Assembly: GCA_043825735.1 (NCBI GenBank)
Contig: JBDRRP010000057.1
Span: forward strand, 124,001 to 187,663
Origin: Pseudomonadota bacterium
GTDB taxonomy: Bacteria > Desulfobacterota > Desulfobacteria > Desulfobacterales > JBDRRP01
Reading direction: 5' to 3'
Length of the DNA stretch: 63,663 nt
Part shown: in pieces, positions 27,341 through 37,417 of the stretch
Numbering within the stretch: position 1 is the stretch's first letter
Layout of the letters: each line of letters begins with the position of its first letter
The notes under the pieces: model-generated
Seen by the model: the letters and a program-made list of their open reading frames with translations, nothing else
The model's database searches: none
Told to the model about the DNA's origin: nothing
Translations under genes and position numbers: made by a program

Positions 27341-28390
27341 TTACATGCTGAGCGGTTTCAGCGTCACGGCGTCCTGGCGGAACTGCTTGCGCTCGGTATC
27401 GGGCATGGGGATCATGCCCTTTTCCGGCAGGTACCCGTCGGGGCCCCAGGCCTTTTCGCTGGTGAACTCATCGACGTATTCCTTGATTCCCGGGATCACG
27501 CCCGTGTGGGCTTTCTTGACGTAGAAGAACAGCGGGCGGGACAGGGGGTAGGTGCCGGCGGCGATATTGTCGAATGTCGGCGCGGCCCCTTCAACATAAG
27601 ACCCATGCAGTTTGTCGGCATTCTGGTCCAGAAAGCTGAATCCGAAAATACCTAATGCATCCGGGTTGGCATTGAGCTTTTGAACGATCAGGTTGTCGTT
27701 TTCGCCGGCCTCGATGTAGGCGCCGTCTTCGCGGACGGATTCGGTGATCTCTTTGAATTTTTTCTTGTCGCTTTTAGCCATGGCCTTGATTGCCGGAAAG
27801 GTCTCGGCGCCTTCCACCATGGCCAGCTCAACAAAAGCGTCGCGGGTGCCGGAGGTGGGCGGCGGGCCGAGCACTTCGATTTTGATGTCGGGCAGGGAGG
27901 GGTTGACGTCTTTCCAGGTCTTGTAGGGATTGGCGACGAAGGTGTCGCCGCCCTTGGGGTCGGGCACTTCTTTGGCCAGGGCCAGGAAAAGGTCTTTGCG
28001 GGTCAGTTTGAAAACCGTTGCCTTTTTGGCATTGGCGACCACGATGCCGTCGTAGCCGATTTTGACCTCGACAATGTCTTTGATACCGTTGGCAGCGCAT
28101 TTTTCGATCTCGCTGCTCTTGATGCGGCGGCTGGCATTGGTGATGTCCGGGTGCTCGACGCCGACGCCCGCGCAGAAGAGTTTCAACCCGCCGCCGGAAC
28201 CGGTGGATTCGATTTTCGGTGTCTTAAAGGCCGTGGTCTTACCGAACTGCTCGGCCACCACTGTGGCAAAGGGGTAGACCGTGGACGAACCGACAATGGC
28301 GATGTAGTCCCTTGCCGAGGCGGCGAGGGCCGGTCCCGAGCTCAGGATCGCGACTGCCGCCGCTGCACTGATAATGGTTTTTTTAAACAT
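27341..28390 (-). CDS. pstS: Phosphate ABC transporter substrate-binding protein
   Basis: Signal peptide, GSSTVYP, STGSGGG, SGTRDAF and YPLSRPLF motifs; RBS AGGAGG before ATG 28390. Confidence 0.95.
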   Translation of the reverse strand: MFKKTIISAAAAVAILSSGPALAASARDYIAIVGSSTVYPFATVVAEQFGKTTAFKTPKIESTGSGGGLKLFCAGVGVEHPDITNASRRIKSSEIEKCAANGIKDIVEVKIGYDGIVVANAKKATVFKLTRKDLFLALAKEVPDPKGGDTFVANPYKTWKDVNPSLPDIKIEVLGPPPTSGTRDAFVELAMVEGAETFPAIKAMAKSDKKKFKEITESVREDGAYIEAGENDNLIVQKLNANPDALGIFGFSFLDQNADKLHGSYVEGAAPTFDNIAAGTYPLSRPLFFYVKKAHTGVIPGIKEYVDEFTSEKAWGPDGYLPEKGMIPMPDTERKQFRQDAVTLKPLSM

Positions 28391-28459
28391 GAACTGTCCT
28401 CCTTGATGATGATTGTCAAAACGGTGCCCGCGTTTCGGGCTTGCCTCACTGTGGGGGTG

Positions 28460-28513
28460 TAAGTACGCCCCATAAGTTAGCGTGCCATGAGGGGCCGGTG
28501 AGGTTTTTATAAA
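28460..28513 (-). promoter_or_regulatory. Pho-box-like internal promoter of pstS
   Basis: 11-bp periodic units (plus strand GTTAG 28476, ATGAG 28487, GTGAG 28498, ATAAA 28509) and a -10-like TACTTA 10 nt downstream on the minus strand. Confidence 0.55.
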
Positions 28514-28610
28514 CCCGGTGTTATTGGGGGACCCAAGCCGCAGCGGAAGATGCCATAAAGCGTTACCCGTATCGGCAGTGCGGTACTCTGCTGCCAGCAG
28601 CCAGTCGGGT

Positions 28611-29912
28611 TTACCAGCGTTTTTCAAATTTGCGCCGTAATACCACCGCGGTGCCGTTCATGGCGATGAGAAATGCCAAAAGGACGAGCGTGGCGGCCGA
28701 CGTGCGCTCCACAAATGCCCTTTCCGGGCTGTCCGCCCATAGATAGATCTGGACGGGCAGCACCGTCGACGGGTCGGTAAATCCGGTGGGGGGATCGACG
28801 ATAAAGGCCACCATCCCGATCATCAGCAGCGGGGCCGATTCGCCCAAAGCGCGGGCCATGCCGATGATAGTGCCCGTGAGCATGCCCGGCAGGGCCAGGG
28901 GCAGCACGTGGTGGATTACCGTCTGCATTTTCGAGGCGCCGATGCCCAGGGCCGCCTCTCGGATCGACGGCGGTACCGATTGCAGCGAGGCCCGACTGGC
29001 GATGATGATGGTGGGCAGGGTCATGAGGGTCAGGACCAGGCCGCCCACCAGCGGCGCCGACCGGGGCAGTCCGAAAAAATTCAAAAAAACAGCCAGCCCC
29101 AGCAGTCCGAAAACGATGGACGGCACGGCAGCCAGGTTGTTGATGTTGACTTCGATCAGATCGGTCCACCGGTTGGTGGGGGCGAATTCTTCCATGTAAA
29201 TGGCGGCGGCCACGCCGATGGGAAAGGACAGCACCAGTGTCACCAGCAGGGTGTAGAAAGACCCCAGTGCAGCGCCGAGGATGCCGGCCATTTCAGGTTC
29301 GCGCGAGTCGCCGGCGGTAAAAAAAACGGCGTTGAACCGTTTTTCGATTTTCTGTTCACCGATGAGCCGGTCGATCCAGCCCAACTGCAGATCGGAAAGC
29401 CGGCGTTGGTCTTCGGAGAGGCTGCGATCCAGATGCCCTTTCATCAGCATATCCACATCGTCGTCGGCAAGGACCCAAACCGAGCGGGTTTTACCGATGA
29501 TGCTCGGATCGGCCATGGCCATTCGCTGAAGCTGGAATCCCGCATCCGAGCTGACCAGTGAATAGAGTTCGCGCAGCGTATTGCGGCCGCTGGCCTCCGG
29601 GAACATGGCCCGCAGGGATTTTTTCACTAAAGCGGGGAAATTGGATCCGGGGATATCGAGCGCGTTGATGTCATCGCTGCCGAAGGTGACGTCCATTTTG
29701 ATGTAGGTCTGAAAAAAAGCGGTGTAGCCTTTGAGGAATATCCCGGTGAACAGAATCAGAAGAAAGGCGATACTGAGCCCTATGGCCGAAATGCCAAGGC
29801 GCCGGAAACGACGCTCGGCGCGGTATCGCCGGGTCAGGCCGGCCTTGACGATGTCGATGGTTTTTTTCCCCGAAGCATCCGCGGCAACGGTTGTGGATAA
29901 GGGTTTATTCAT
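28611..29912 (-). CDS. pstA: Phosphate ABC transporter permease PstA
   Basis: NLAAVPSIVFG, REAALGIGAS and RALGESAPL motifs. Confidence 0.95.
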   Translation of the reverse strand: MNKPLSTTVAADASGKKTIDIVKAGLTRRYRAERRFRRLGISAIGLSIAFLLILFTGIFLKGYTAFFQTYIKMDVTFGSDDINALDIPGSNFPALVKKSLRAMFPEASGRNTLRELYSLVSSDAGFQLQRMAMADPSIIGKTRSVWVLADDDVDMLMKGHLDRSLSEDQRRLSDLQLGWIDRLIGEQKIEKRFNAVFFTAGDSREPEMAGILGAALGSFYTLLVTLVLSFPIGVAAAIYMEEFAPTNRWTDLIEVNINNLAAVPSIVFGLLGLAVFLNFFGLPRSAPLVGGLVLTLMTLPTIIIASRASLQSVPPSIREAALGIGASKMQTVIHHVLPLALPGMLTGTIIGMARALGESAPLLMIGMVAFIVDPPTGFTDPSTVLPVQIYLWADSPERAFVERTSAATLVLLAFLIAMNGTAVVLRRKFEKRW

Positions 29913-31293
29913 ACTGCTCCTTGTATTTACGGACCACATGCAGGGCGATCACGTTGAGCATCAGCGTAATGACAAACAGCAGGAGACCCAAGGCGAAGGC
30001 TGCCAGGGTCTTGGGGCTGTCGAATTCCTGGTCGCCGACCAGCAGGGTGACGATCTGGACGGTCACCGTCGTGACCATTTTCAGCGGATTCAGCGTCAGG
30101 TTGGCCGCCAGGCCTGCGGCCATGACGACGATCATGGTCTCACCGATGGCCCGGGAAATGGCCAGCATGACCCCGCCGACGATGCCCGGCAGCGCGGCCG
30201 GCAGAACCACCTGGCGGATGGTCTCCGACTTGGTGGCGCCCAGGCCGTAGGCCCCGTCGCGCAGCGACTGGGGCACCGCGTTGATGACGTCGTCCGAGAG
30301 CGAGGAGACGAAGGGGATGATCATGACGCCCATGACCAGGCCTGCCGCCAGCGCGCTCTCCGAGCTCACCTCGAGGCCGAGGGTCACCCCTGCACTGCGG
30401 ATGGACGGCGCTACGATGAGGGCGGCGAAAAAGCCGTAAACCACGGTGGGAATGCCGGCCAGGATTTCCATGAGCGGTTTGACCACGGTCCGCAGGCGGC
30501 GATCGGCGTACTCTGACATGTAGATGGCCGAGAAAAGGCCGATGGGGACGGCCACCATCATGGCAAGAGCCGAAATGAGCAGGGTGCCGGTGAAAACCGG
30601 AATTGCACCAAAAGCACCCGAAGAGCCCACCTGATCCGCTCGGATGGCCATCTGGGGGCTCCAGGACAGCCCGAAAAGAAAATCGGTGATGGGGATGATC
30701 TTGAAAAAACGGATGGCCTCGAACAGCACCGAGAGCACGATGCCCACCGTGGTGATGATGGCGATGGTGGCGCAAAACACCAGGACAGCGGTGGCGGCTT
30801 TTTCGACATGGTTGCGGGCGCGCAGTTTCGGGGAGATGAATCTGAGCACCGCCGCAGCGCCGATAATGGCCATGACCATCATGATGACGGCCAGTGCGCC
30901 CAGACTGACGGTCTGAAGGTGGCGATAGTGGGCGGCGGCCGCTTCCATGACGGCGCTGCTTTCACCCGACAGGATGTTGCCGGCCATGAGGTTTCGGATG
31001 TCGTTGACCAGCAGGTTCAGGCGGGAGGCCGGTAGGGCTTTGAGGTCAGCGGGCAGCCCATCGATGACCATGCGGGTGATGATGCTAGTGTCTATCATCT
31101 GCCACAGGGCAAATAGCACCAGCGCCGGGATGCCGCACCAGGCGGCGGTGAGCAGGCCGTAGTAGACTGGCCGGGAATGCAGGTTTTTGAGACCAGCATT
31201 TCCGCCGGCCACTGCGTGGGAACGCCGCAAACCGGCATAGTACGCTCCGGTGCAGAGCAACAGCAGAAGAAACAGCAGCATTGTCGGTGTCAT
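29905..31293 (-). CDS. pstC: Phosphate ABC transporter permease PstC
   Basis: EILAGIPTVVYG, YGLGATKSET and SRAIGETM motifs. Confidence 0.95.
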   Translation of the reverse strand: MTPTMLLFLLLLLCTGAYYAGLRRSHAVAGGNAGLKNLHSRPVYYGLLTAAWCGIPALVLFALWQMIDTSIITRMVIDGLPADLKALPASRLNLLVNDIRNLMAGNILSGESSAVMEAAAAHYRHLQTVSLGALAVIMMVMAIIGAAAVLRFISPKLRARNHVEKAATAVLVFCATIAIITTVGIVLSVLFEAIRFFKIIPITDFLFGLSWSPQMAIRADQVGSSGAFGAIPVFTGTLLISALAMMVAVPIGLFSAIYMSEYADRRLRTVVKPLMEILAGIPTVVYGFFAALIVAPSIRSAGVTLGLEVSSESALAAGLVMGVMIIPFVSSLSDDVINAVPQSLRDGAYGLGATKSETIRQVVLPAALPGIVGGVMLAISRAIGETMIVVMAAGLAANLTLNPLKMVTTVTVQIVTLLVGDQEFDSPKTLAAFALGLLLFVITLMLNVIALHVVRKYKEQYE

Positions 31294-31305
31294 CGCCAAA
31301 ATCCT

Positions 31306-31381
31306 ATCGGGGTCGGGATCGAAATCGGAATCGAAATCGATGCTTTCCAAGGCCGATTCCGATACCGATAGCGATTTCGAT
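31306..31381. repeat. Palindrome with 6-nt periodic ATCGNN arms in the pstC leader
   Basis: ATCGGGGTCGGGATCGAAATCGGAATCG ... CGATTCCGATACCGATAGCGATTTCGAT. Confidence 0.75.
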
Positions 31382-31429
31382 GTTCACTGTGCGCCGTTGT
31401 GCAAACGGAACGTATTTATGACAACGGCT

Positions 31430-31483
31430 ATAGTACAACCGCACCGTTAGCGCCGTGTTAGTTCTGAATTCAGGTTGTGTTGT
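31430..31483 (-). promoter_or_regulatory. Pho-box-like promoter of pstC
   Basis: GTTAG at 31446 and 31457 (11-bp period) with two degenerate units upstream; -10-like TACTAT 10 nt downstream on the minus strand. Confidence 0.55.
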
Positions 31484-31498
31484 TAAGCGGCCGGGTCT

Positions 31499-32710
31499 TT
31501 ACAGAAAGTCTGGATCTGCGGTGGCGGCGGTGGCGGTCGTTTTAGGTTCGCTGGCATGAAGGAGGATAAAGGCCGCTAGCGCCGCCGCCATTATGACACT
31601 GCCGAAGGGGAAGGCCGCGCGCAGCGACAGCACGTCCATCAGGCCGCCGGCCAGAACGGCGCCGGCCAGCATACCGAGGCTGTGGGCCAGCGTGAGCACT
31701 CCCATGACGGCCCCCATGGCTTTGGTGCGGCTGCCGGCGGCGACCGCCAGCGCCATCTGGGCCGGCATGGCGATGCCGCCGCCCACACCGAATACCAGGC
31801 TTGCCGCAAGCATCTGGTTAAAGGTGTGGGCCCCGTAAAAAGCCGCTACCGCCATAACGATGATGCCACTGCCGACCAGGACCATGCCCCGCCGGCTCAC
31901 GCGATCCGCAAGAAATCCCATGGGAACGTGCATGATGCCGCTCACCAGAACCCCCAATGTTACCAGAAATCCGATGTGGGCGCTGGTCAGTTTCAGTTCG
32001 GCTGCCGCCAGCACGGGCAAGAAACCCCAGATGATGCCGATGCAGGCCGCATAGGCACCGCGAATCGCAAACAGTGCGATGATGGATCGATCCATCATCA
32101 GAGAGCGCCAGGTGACCACCGCTCTCGCCTGCCGGCGGACGTTCTCCGTGCTGACCGCCGGCAAAAAATACAGGCTCATGAAAAAGCCGGCCACCGACAA
32201 AAGACCCATGGCGGCAAAGGCTGCATCGAGACTGAAACGGTCGTTGATGAGACCGCCGAGCACCGGGCCGATGCTGAGTCCGGTGAACATGGCCACATTG
32301 AACAGCCCCATGACCGTGCCTTCCCGCCCCGGCGGGGTGATGTCGCCGATATAGGCCTGGCACACGGGCATGAGCATGGCCGAGGCGATGCCCTGGAAGA
32401 ACCGGATGGTGATGAGTCCGCCAACGGTCTCCGAAAACATGAAGGCAAAGGAGACCGCCGCGTAGGCGATGAGGCCGGTGACGATGAAAGGCTTTCGTCC
32501 CTTTCGGTCTGAAAGACGGCCGAAATAGGGTAAAAAGATCGAGCGAGAAATTGAAAACGCACCGAAAATCAAACCGATATACAGTCCGCCGGCACCCAGG
32601 TGCAGGGCATAAACCGGCAGCAGGGGCACGACGATACCGACACCGGTCACCGCCGTGAAAAGGGAGAAAAACAGGGTTGTGAAAATGCGTTTGTCGATGA
32701 CCGTCATCAT
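31499..32710 (-). CDS. MFS transporter
   Basis: GRLSDRKGRK motif A and about 12 TM helices. Confidence 0.92.
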   Translation of the reverse strand: MMTVIDKRIFTTLFFSLFTAVTGVGIVVPLLPVYALHLGAGGLYIGLIFGAFSISRSIFLPYFGRLSDRKGRKPFIVTGLIAYAAVSFAFMFSETVGGLITIRFFQGIASAMLMPVCQAYIGDITPPGREGTVMGLFNVAMFTGLSIGPVLGGLINDRFSLDAAFAAMGLLSVAGFFMSLYFLPAVSTENVRRQARAVVTWRSLMMDRSIIALFAIRGAYAACIGIIWGFLPVLAAAELKLTSAHIGFLVTLGVLVSGIMHVPMGFLADRVSRRGMVLVGSGIIVMAVAAFYGAHTFNQMLAASLVFGVGGGIAMPAQMALAVAAGSRTKAMGAVMGVLTLAHSLGMLAGAVLAGGLMDVLSLRAAFPFGSVIMAAALAAFILLHASEPKTTATAATADPDFL

Positions 32711-33041
32711 GACCCCTCAGATCGCTCATCTTTATCATCCGGATTGTCGGGGCCACAAGGATAAACCCGGTAATTGGCTCACGCCGGCCTTTCGTGGGCC
32801 GGAAAAACGCCGCCGCGGAGCGTGCTGCCGAATTACCGGGTCGGAAATTGATCATTTCTTGAATCCTGTTGCAGGAAGGTCCCTCGTTTGAACCGCTGGT
32901 TCATGGCCGGAGGGCTTCTGGCCGTGTGCTGGAACGTCACCAGTCGTTGAGACGCCGCCTGCCGGACGTTGTCATCGTCATCTTTTTCACTGATCTGTTT
33001 CAGCAGTTTCGGGTCGTCGAGGTGCGCCGTTGTCGAAAGCT

Positions 33042-34502
33042 TCAGGCGGCCGCGGCGGTCCACCGGTCAAGAATGGCGCGGTCCTGGGCAGGGATGGCCG
33101 TGATCCTCAGATCGAGCAGGCATCGTTCGGCGGTAGCGTCGTTTTCAACGGAAATGATTTTGGCGTAAATATCGCCGAAACAATGGGCTTCGGTGCAAAA
33201 CACAAACTGCAGCTTGACATTGTCCAATGGGGCAAAGCCCGCTGCCGCAGTGAGGCTTACGAGTATCTGCTGCCCGCTGATGCGCAGGGTTTCACCTTCA
33301 ACCTTGGTGTCGTCGATTTTTTTATCGGTCACCAGCCAACACTGCACGGGCAGGTTCAGAGCGACGCCCTCGCCCCGTCCCTGGGCAGGGGACGGCAGCG
33401 TCAGGTTGAAGGGGCTGCCCACCGCCTTCACCGGGTAAACCACCAGCGGATGAACCAGGCCCTTCATCATGGCGGTTTCGGGCGAAGACACCTGGACGAT
33501 GTCCTTTACAGCGGCATAAGTGGACTCACCAATGAGCACCTGGCCGCCGATGGTCAGTGCCTCGATCCGCGATGCGGTGTTAACGGTGGGGCCGATGATG
33601 CCGTACTTCATGCGCAGCTCGGAACCGATGTTGCCAACGATCACATCGCCGGTGTTGATACCGATGCCCATTTCAAGCGCGGGGAGTCCTTCCTTTTCGA
33701 GTTCCAGGTTGAGCATGTCTAACGTGGACTGCATCGCCACCGCGCAGGCCACTGCACGCAGCGCGTCGTCGCCGTGGGGGTCCGGCACGCCGAAAATGGC
33801 GAGAATGCCGTCGCCCAGAAATTCGTCAATGACGCCGTCATATGAGACGATCACCTGGCTCATTCGGCTCAGATACCGGTTGAGCAGTTGAACGGTCTCC
33901 TGGGGATCCTTTTCGGCGGCCAGCCCGGTAAACCCCCTGAGATCCGCCATCAGGACACTGACCGTCGCGCGACGACCGCCGATTTTCTGCCCTTCGGGGG
34001 ATTCGAGGATCTCATCCACCACCTTTTGCGACAGGTAGCGCCCGAACGTTTCCCGAATGACGGTCACCAGCCGGAGTCGATCGCGCGATTCCTTGAGCAC
34101 GTCGGCCAGCATCTGCATGCGTGTGCTGGCAATATCCCTGATTTCAGACGGGACGTTGTCGGGCAGCTCGACCGCGTTGGCCTCGAGATTTTCAGAATCG
34201 ATATGCTTGTTGGCCCGGCTGATGGCTTCCAGCGGCTGGATGATGCGTTTTTTCAGGAAGGTGCTGAGCGTGATCATCATGAACGTAAGGATAATTACAA
34301 CCAGCGTAACGATTCGCAGAATATACCACAGCAGGGTCGGCACGTCGGGCATTTCCAAGAAAATGCGGTAGCCCACCGACCAGATAAGAAGAATGGTCTC
34401 GATGATGAGAATCCGCCAGAATACCCCGCTCAGCAACACGTCGCGCGTGGTTCGGGCCGGCGGGGCCGGGGTCGGTGTATTTTCAGATGGCGGTGTCGGC
34501 AT
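33042..34502 (-). CDS. Membrane-bound class III adenylate/guanylate cyclase with extra C-terminal domain
   Basis: Two TMs; MADLRGFT, DEFLGDG, GIGINTG and GPTVNTASRIE motifs. Confidence 0.9.
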   Translation of the reverse strand: MPTPPSENTPTPAPPARTTRDVLLSGVFWRILIIETILLIWSVGYRIFLEMPDVPTLLWYILRIVTLVVIILTFMMITLSTFLKKRIIQPLEAISRANKHIDSENLEANAVELPDNVPSEIRDIASTRMQMLADVLKESRDRLRLVTVIRETFGRYLSQKVVDEILESPEGQKIGGRRATVSVLMADLRGFTGLAAEKDPQETVQLLNRYLSRMSQVIVSYDGVIDEFLGDGILAIFGVPDPHGDDALRAVACAVAMQSTLDMLNLELEKEGLPALEMGIGINTGDVIVGNIGSELRMKYGIIGPTVNTASRIEALTIGGQVLIGESTYAAVKDIVQVSSPETAMMKGLVHPLVVYPVKAVGSPFNLTLPSPAQGRGEGVALNLPVQCWLVTDKKIDDTKVEGETLRISGQQILVSLTAAAGFAPLDNVKLQFVFCTEAHCFGDIYAKIISVENDATAERCLLDLRITAIPAQDRAILDRWTAAAA

Positions 34503-34603
34503 GCGTTACAACCCTTGGTATGGGGATAACGGCAATATCAACAGCATTATAGCGCGGTGGCTGTGTATTGTAGCATCGGTCGTACGGCAACGCGAATCCT
34601 TTC

Positions 34604-34667
34604 ATGATCGGGCCGGCATAGAGCAGGGCGGTGATGGTGTTGAGCAGGCGGTGGCCGCTTGGCAGGG
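34604..34667. repeat. 64-bp diverged direct copy of 36035-36098
   Basis: 59 of 64 positions identical by manual alignment. Confidence 0.85.
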
Positions 34668-34911
34668 GCCTTCATATTTCTTTATTACTGGTGGGTAATG
34701 TTAAATTTGAAGTAATTATTACCGCTTGAAGTCAATAACGTTCCAAGATATGACCTATAAAATTGAAGGGTTAAGTAATCGTTACGCTCCAATATGGCAA
34801 TTCTTGAATCTTTGTAAGGAAAGAAGCAACCATCCGCCCAACATTAGTAACATTAGGTATGAACATCACTATCAGCAAGAGGAATAATGGTTTCTGTGAT
34901 TAGGGTTCCTT

Positions 34912-36471
34912 TCAAGAACCGGCAGAAAAGGACTCGGCGGGGGGCTCCGCCGCGGTGCTTGCGAGGTCGCCACGCGGGGCAGGTTGGCGCACGTCGACGA
35001 CGTGGTACATGTCGATTTTACCCTTACCCTTGACGGCGATCTTGCCGCGGTATTCGCAGGCGATGTCATTTCGGATCAGATCGTAGGTGTAGGCGGACAC
35101 GTTGATGCGCCCCGCCTGGGCGGCGCTTTCAAGGCGGGCGGCGATGTTCACCGTATCGCCCCAGATGTCGTAGGTGAATTTACGGCGCCCCACCACACCA
35201 GCCACCACCGCCCCCGAGTGAATCCCCACCCGCATGCGCCACTTGATGGCGTTTTCCCTGTTTTGTGTTTCGATGAAGGAGAGCATGCCCAGCGCCGCCC
35301 TGACACAGGCCGTGGCATGGTCCGGGCGTTCGTGCGGCACGCCGGCCGCGGCGAGGTAGGCATCGCCGATGGTTTTGATCTTTTCGATACCGCAGACTTC
35401 CACGATGCCATCGAAAGCGCTGAAGATACGGTTGAGTTCGTCCACCAGCTTGCGGGCGGGGATGGTGCCGACCGTGGTGGTAAACCCTTCGAAATCGGTG
35501 AACAGAATACTCGTGGACGCATGTCGGCGGGGCGCGGCCGAACCGCAGCGGCGTAGTTCCCGGGCAACCTCTACAGGCAAAATATTGTAGAGCAGTCGCT
35601 CGGTTTCCTCTTTTTCCGACTGCAGTTCGGCGGTCCGCTCGGCGATGCGTGCCTCGAGGAGCCGGTTCTGCCCGTGGATGAGTTGTTTTTCAAACCGCGC
35701 TTTTTCCATGGCCTGCCGGTTCAGGTCTGCCTTCATGCGGATCAATCGCTCTGCCACACCCATCGAGAAAAAAGCGCTCTGGAAGACGATCCCCAAAACG
35801 ACCATATCTGCAAAAAAATCATACGGCGGAACGATTCCGAGAAAACCCAGTCCGTAAAGCACGCCCCCGGCGCAGAAGAAAATGTTTCCTGACAAGTAAA
35901 CGCGTGCCGGGTCAAATCCGGCCCGGTGGCGTTTGAGGGCCAGTGCGACAACCACTCCGAAGGTCGCCAGGGCCGCAGCGCTGTTGAAGACGAAGCCGGC
36001 CTTGCGCAAGCCGAATCCGATCACCGGGGCCCCGATGATCGGGCCGGCATAGAGCAGGGCGGCGATGGCGTTGAGCAGCCGGTGGCCGCGCGGCAGGGAT
36101 TCCCCGGTTTGTAGAAATTCCTGGGAAAAGCGGATAAAGCCCCGGATGGTGAGCATGATAAGGCACCATGAGAGAATGCTGTCGATGGTGGGACAAGACG
36201 GCCAGAGAAAGGAAAGGAAGTAATCCTTGACACTGAACACATAGAGCCCGGCTGCCAGGCTGTAGCAGGCGAAGCGCAGATACCCTTTGTCGCGAACAAA
36301 GAAGTGAAGCGCCAGGTTGTAGAGGCTGAGTCCGAGGATGGCGCCGGTGGTAAGCCCGTCGAAGAGCAGGCGGGCCGGCGTCCCCGTCGGCGGCAGCCCC
36401 TGCGTGCTCCCGGATGCCGCCGCAGCGAATGCGAAACCGGCAGAAATGATCCAAAGCCACGTCGACGGCAT
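34912..36471 (-). CDS. Class III adenylate cyclase with 7TM-DISM-like membrane region
   Basis: YNLALHFFVRDKGYL 7TM start; FTDFEGFT, EKIKTIGDAY and YDIWGDTVNIAARLE motifs. Start uncertain (up to 36552). Confidence 0.88.
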   Translation of the reverse strand: MPSTWLWIISAGFAFAAAASGSTQGLPPTGTPARLLFDGLTTGAILGLSLYNLALHFFVRDKGYLRFACYSLAAGLYVFSVKDYFLSFLWPSCPTIDSILSWCLIMLTIRGFIRFSQEFLQTGESLPRGHRLLNAIAALLYAGPIIGAPVIGFGLRKAGFVFNSAAALATFGVVVALALKRHRAGFDPARVYLSGNIFFCAGGVLYGLGFLGIVPPYDFFADMVVLGIVFQSAFFSMGVAERLIRMKADLNRQAMEKARFEKQLIHGQNRLLEARIAERTAELQSEKEETERLLYNILPVEVARELRRCGSAAPRRHASTSILFTDFEGFTTTVGTIPARKLVDELNRIFSAFDGIVEVCGIEKIKTIGDAYLAAAGVPHERPDHATACVRAALGMLSFIETQNRENAIKWRMRVGIHSGAVVAGVVGRRKFTYDIWGDTVNIAARLESAAQAGRINVSAYTYDLIRNDIACEYRGKIAVKGKGKIDMYHVVDVRQPAPRGDLASTAAEPPAESFSAGS

Positions 36472-36757
36472 CGGGCGACGCTGTTCAGCGGTCCGGCTAT
36501 CGGAACGGGTGTGATCGATGCGTGGTTCGGGCACGAAGTTTCTCCGGGGCATTGAGTGACTTACAGCGGGGCAGGTTTGGGGCGCCCTGAAGGTCGCGAC
36601 GGGGACCGCGGGGAGGGGGGGGGCGGCAGGGCGCCAACGGCAGCCTGTCTTCAGTACCCTTTAGCACAGCCGGCGTGGGTCGGCAAGCGTTTGGCAACGC
36701 CGACCGATGCCGGCCACTGAGGGCCGGTCCGCGTGATGATGAATTCAAAGACGATTT

Positions 36758-37417
36758 TTACAGGCGCAGGCCGGCCACCTTCACCGCCCCCCGGTGGTAG
36801 CCGTCAGGGAACAGGTCGGCCAGCGATTCCAGATCGATACCCGTGTCCTCGCAGGTGCGGTAAACCGTCGGGATAACGCCGGTGTCCCGGTAGGTGTCCC
36901 GAAGGTATCGGACAATCGTCCAGTGCCGCTCGGTCAGCGCGCCACCCGGCAGCTTTAGTTCGACGGCTTTGTTGATGGCAAAGTGGATATCCCATTTTTC
37001 CGGGTCCATGAGAAACCCCTGGGCATCGACCAGGTATGTCTTGTCGCAGATACCGGCCTCGGTGGCATCGGCCAGCCCGTCCATGGTTCTGGACGGGGCC
37101 ACAAAACCCGGGTGATAGGGCATGCCGGCAAGGCGGCAGGCACCCCGGTGGTACCCCTCGGGAAAGAGGCGCTTCAAATCGGAAGGCTGCATTCGGAACG
37201 CCCGGCAGGTTTCGTAAATCGTGGGAATTCGACCCTGCTCGGTGAAGCGTTCGCGGATAAAGGTGATGACCTGCCAGTGTTCCGGGTTCAAGGGACCGAC
37301 GATGCCGGTCTCCAACCCCGTCAGCTCTGCAAAACGCGGGTCCCAGGCGGCCTCATTTGTCAGAAACCCGTGGTGGTCGACGGGGTAGTCATGCTTGCCT
37401 CGGGTGATCTCGTTCAT
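36758..37417 (-). CDS. Tandem two-domain TusE/DsrC/DsvC-family protein
   Basis: Two copies of VDxxGFL..W..HW...LFPxGYHRGA; RBS AAGGAGG before ATG 37417. Confidence 0.88.
   Translation of the reverse strand: MNEITRGKHDYPVDHHGFLTNEAAWDPRFAELTGLETGIVGPLNPEHWQVITFIRERFTEQGRIPTIYETCRAFRMQPSDLKRLFPEGYHRGACRLAGMPYHPGFVAPSRTMDGLADATEAGICDKTYLVDAQGFLMDPEKWDIHFAINKAVELKLPGGALTERHWTIVRYLRDTYRDTGVIPTVYRTCEDTGIDLESLADLFPDGYHRGAVKVAGLRL

Noticed and set aside
27341..28627. Long N-terminal extensions given by the ORF track (pstS, pstC, proV, M24 peptidase, TSUP, fabH, TusE-like)
   Set aside because: They run through promoters, repeats or neighbouring genes; downstream starts have better RBS and match family N-termini.
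34604..36098. Diversity-generating retroelement TR/VR pair
   Set aside because: No reverse transcriptase in the window, the repeat lies in a TM segment, and the mismatches are not all at adenines.
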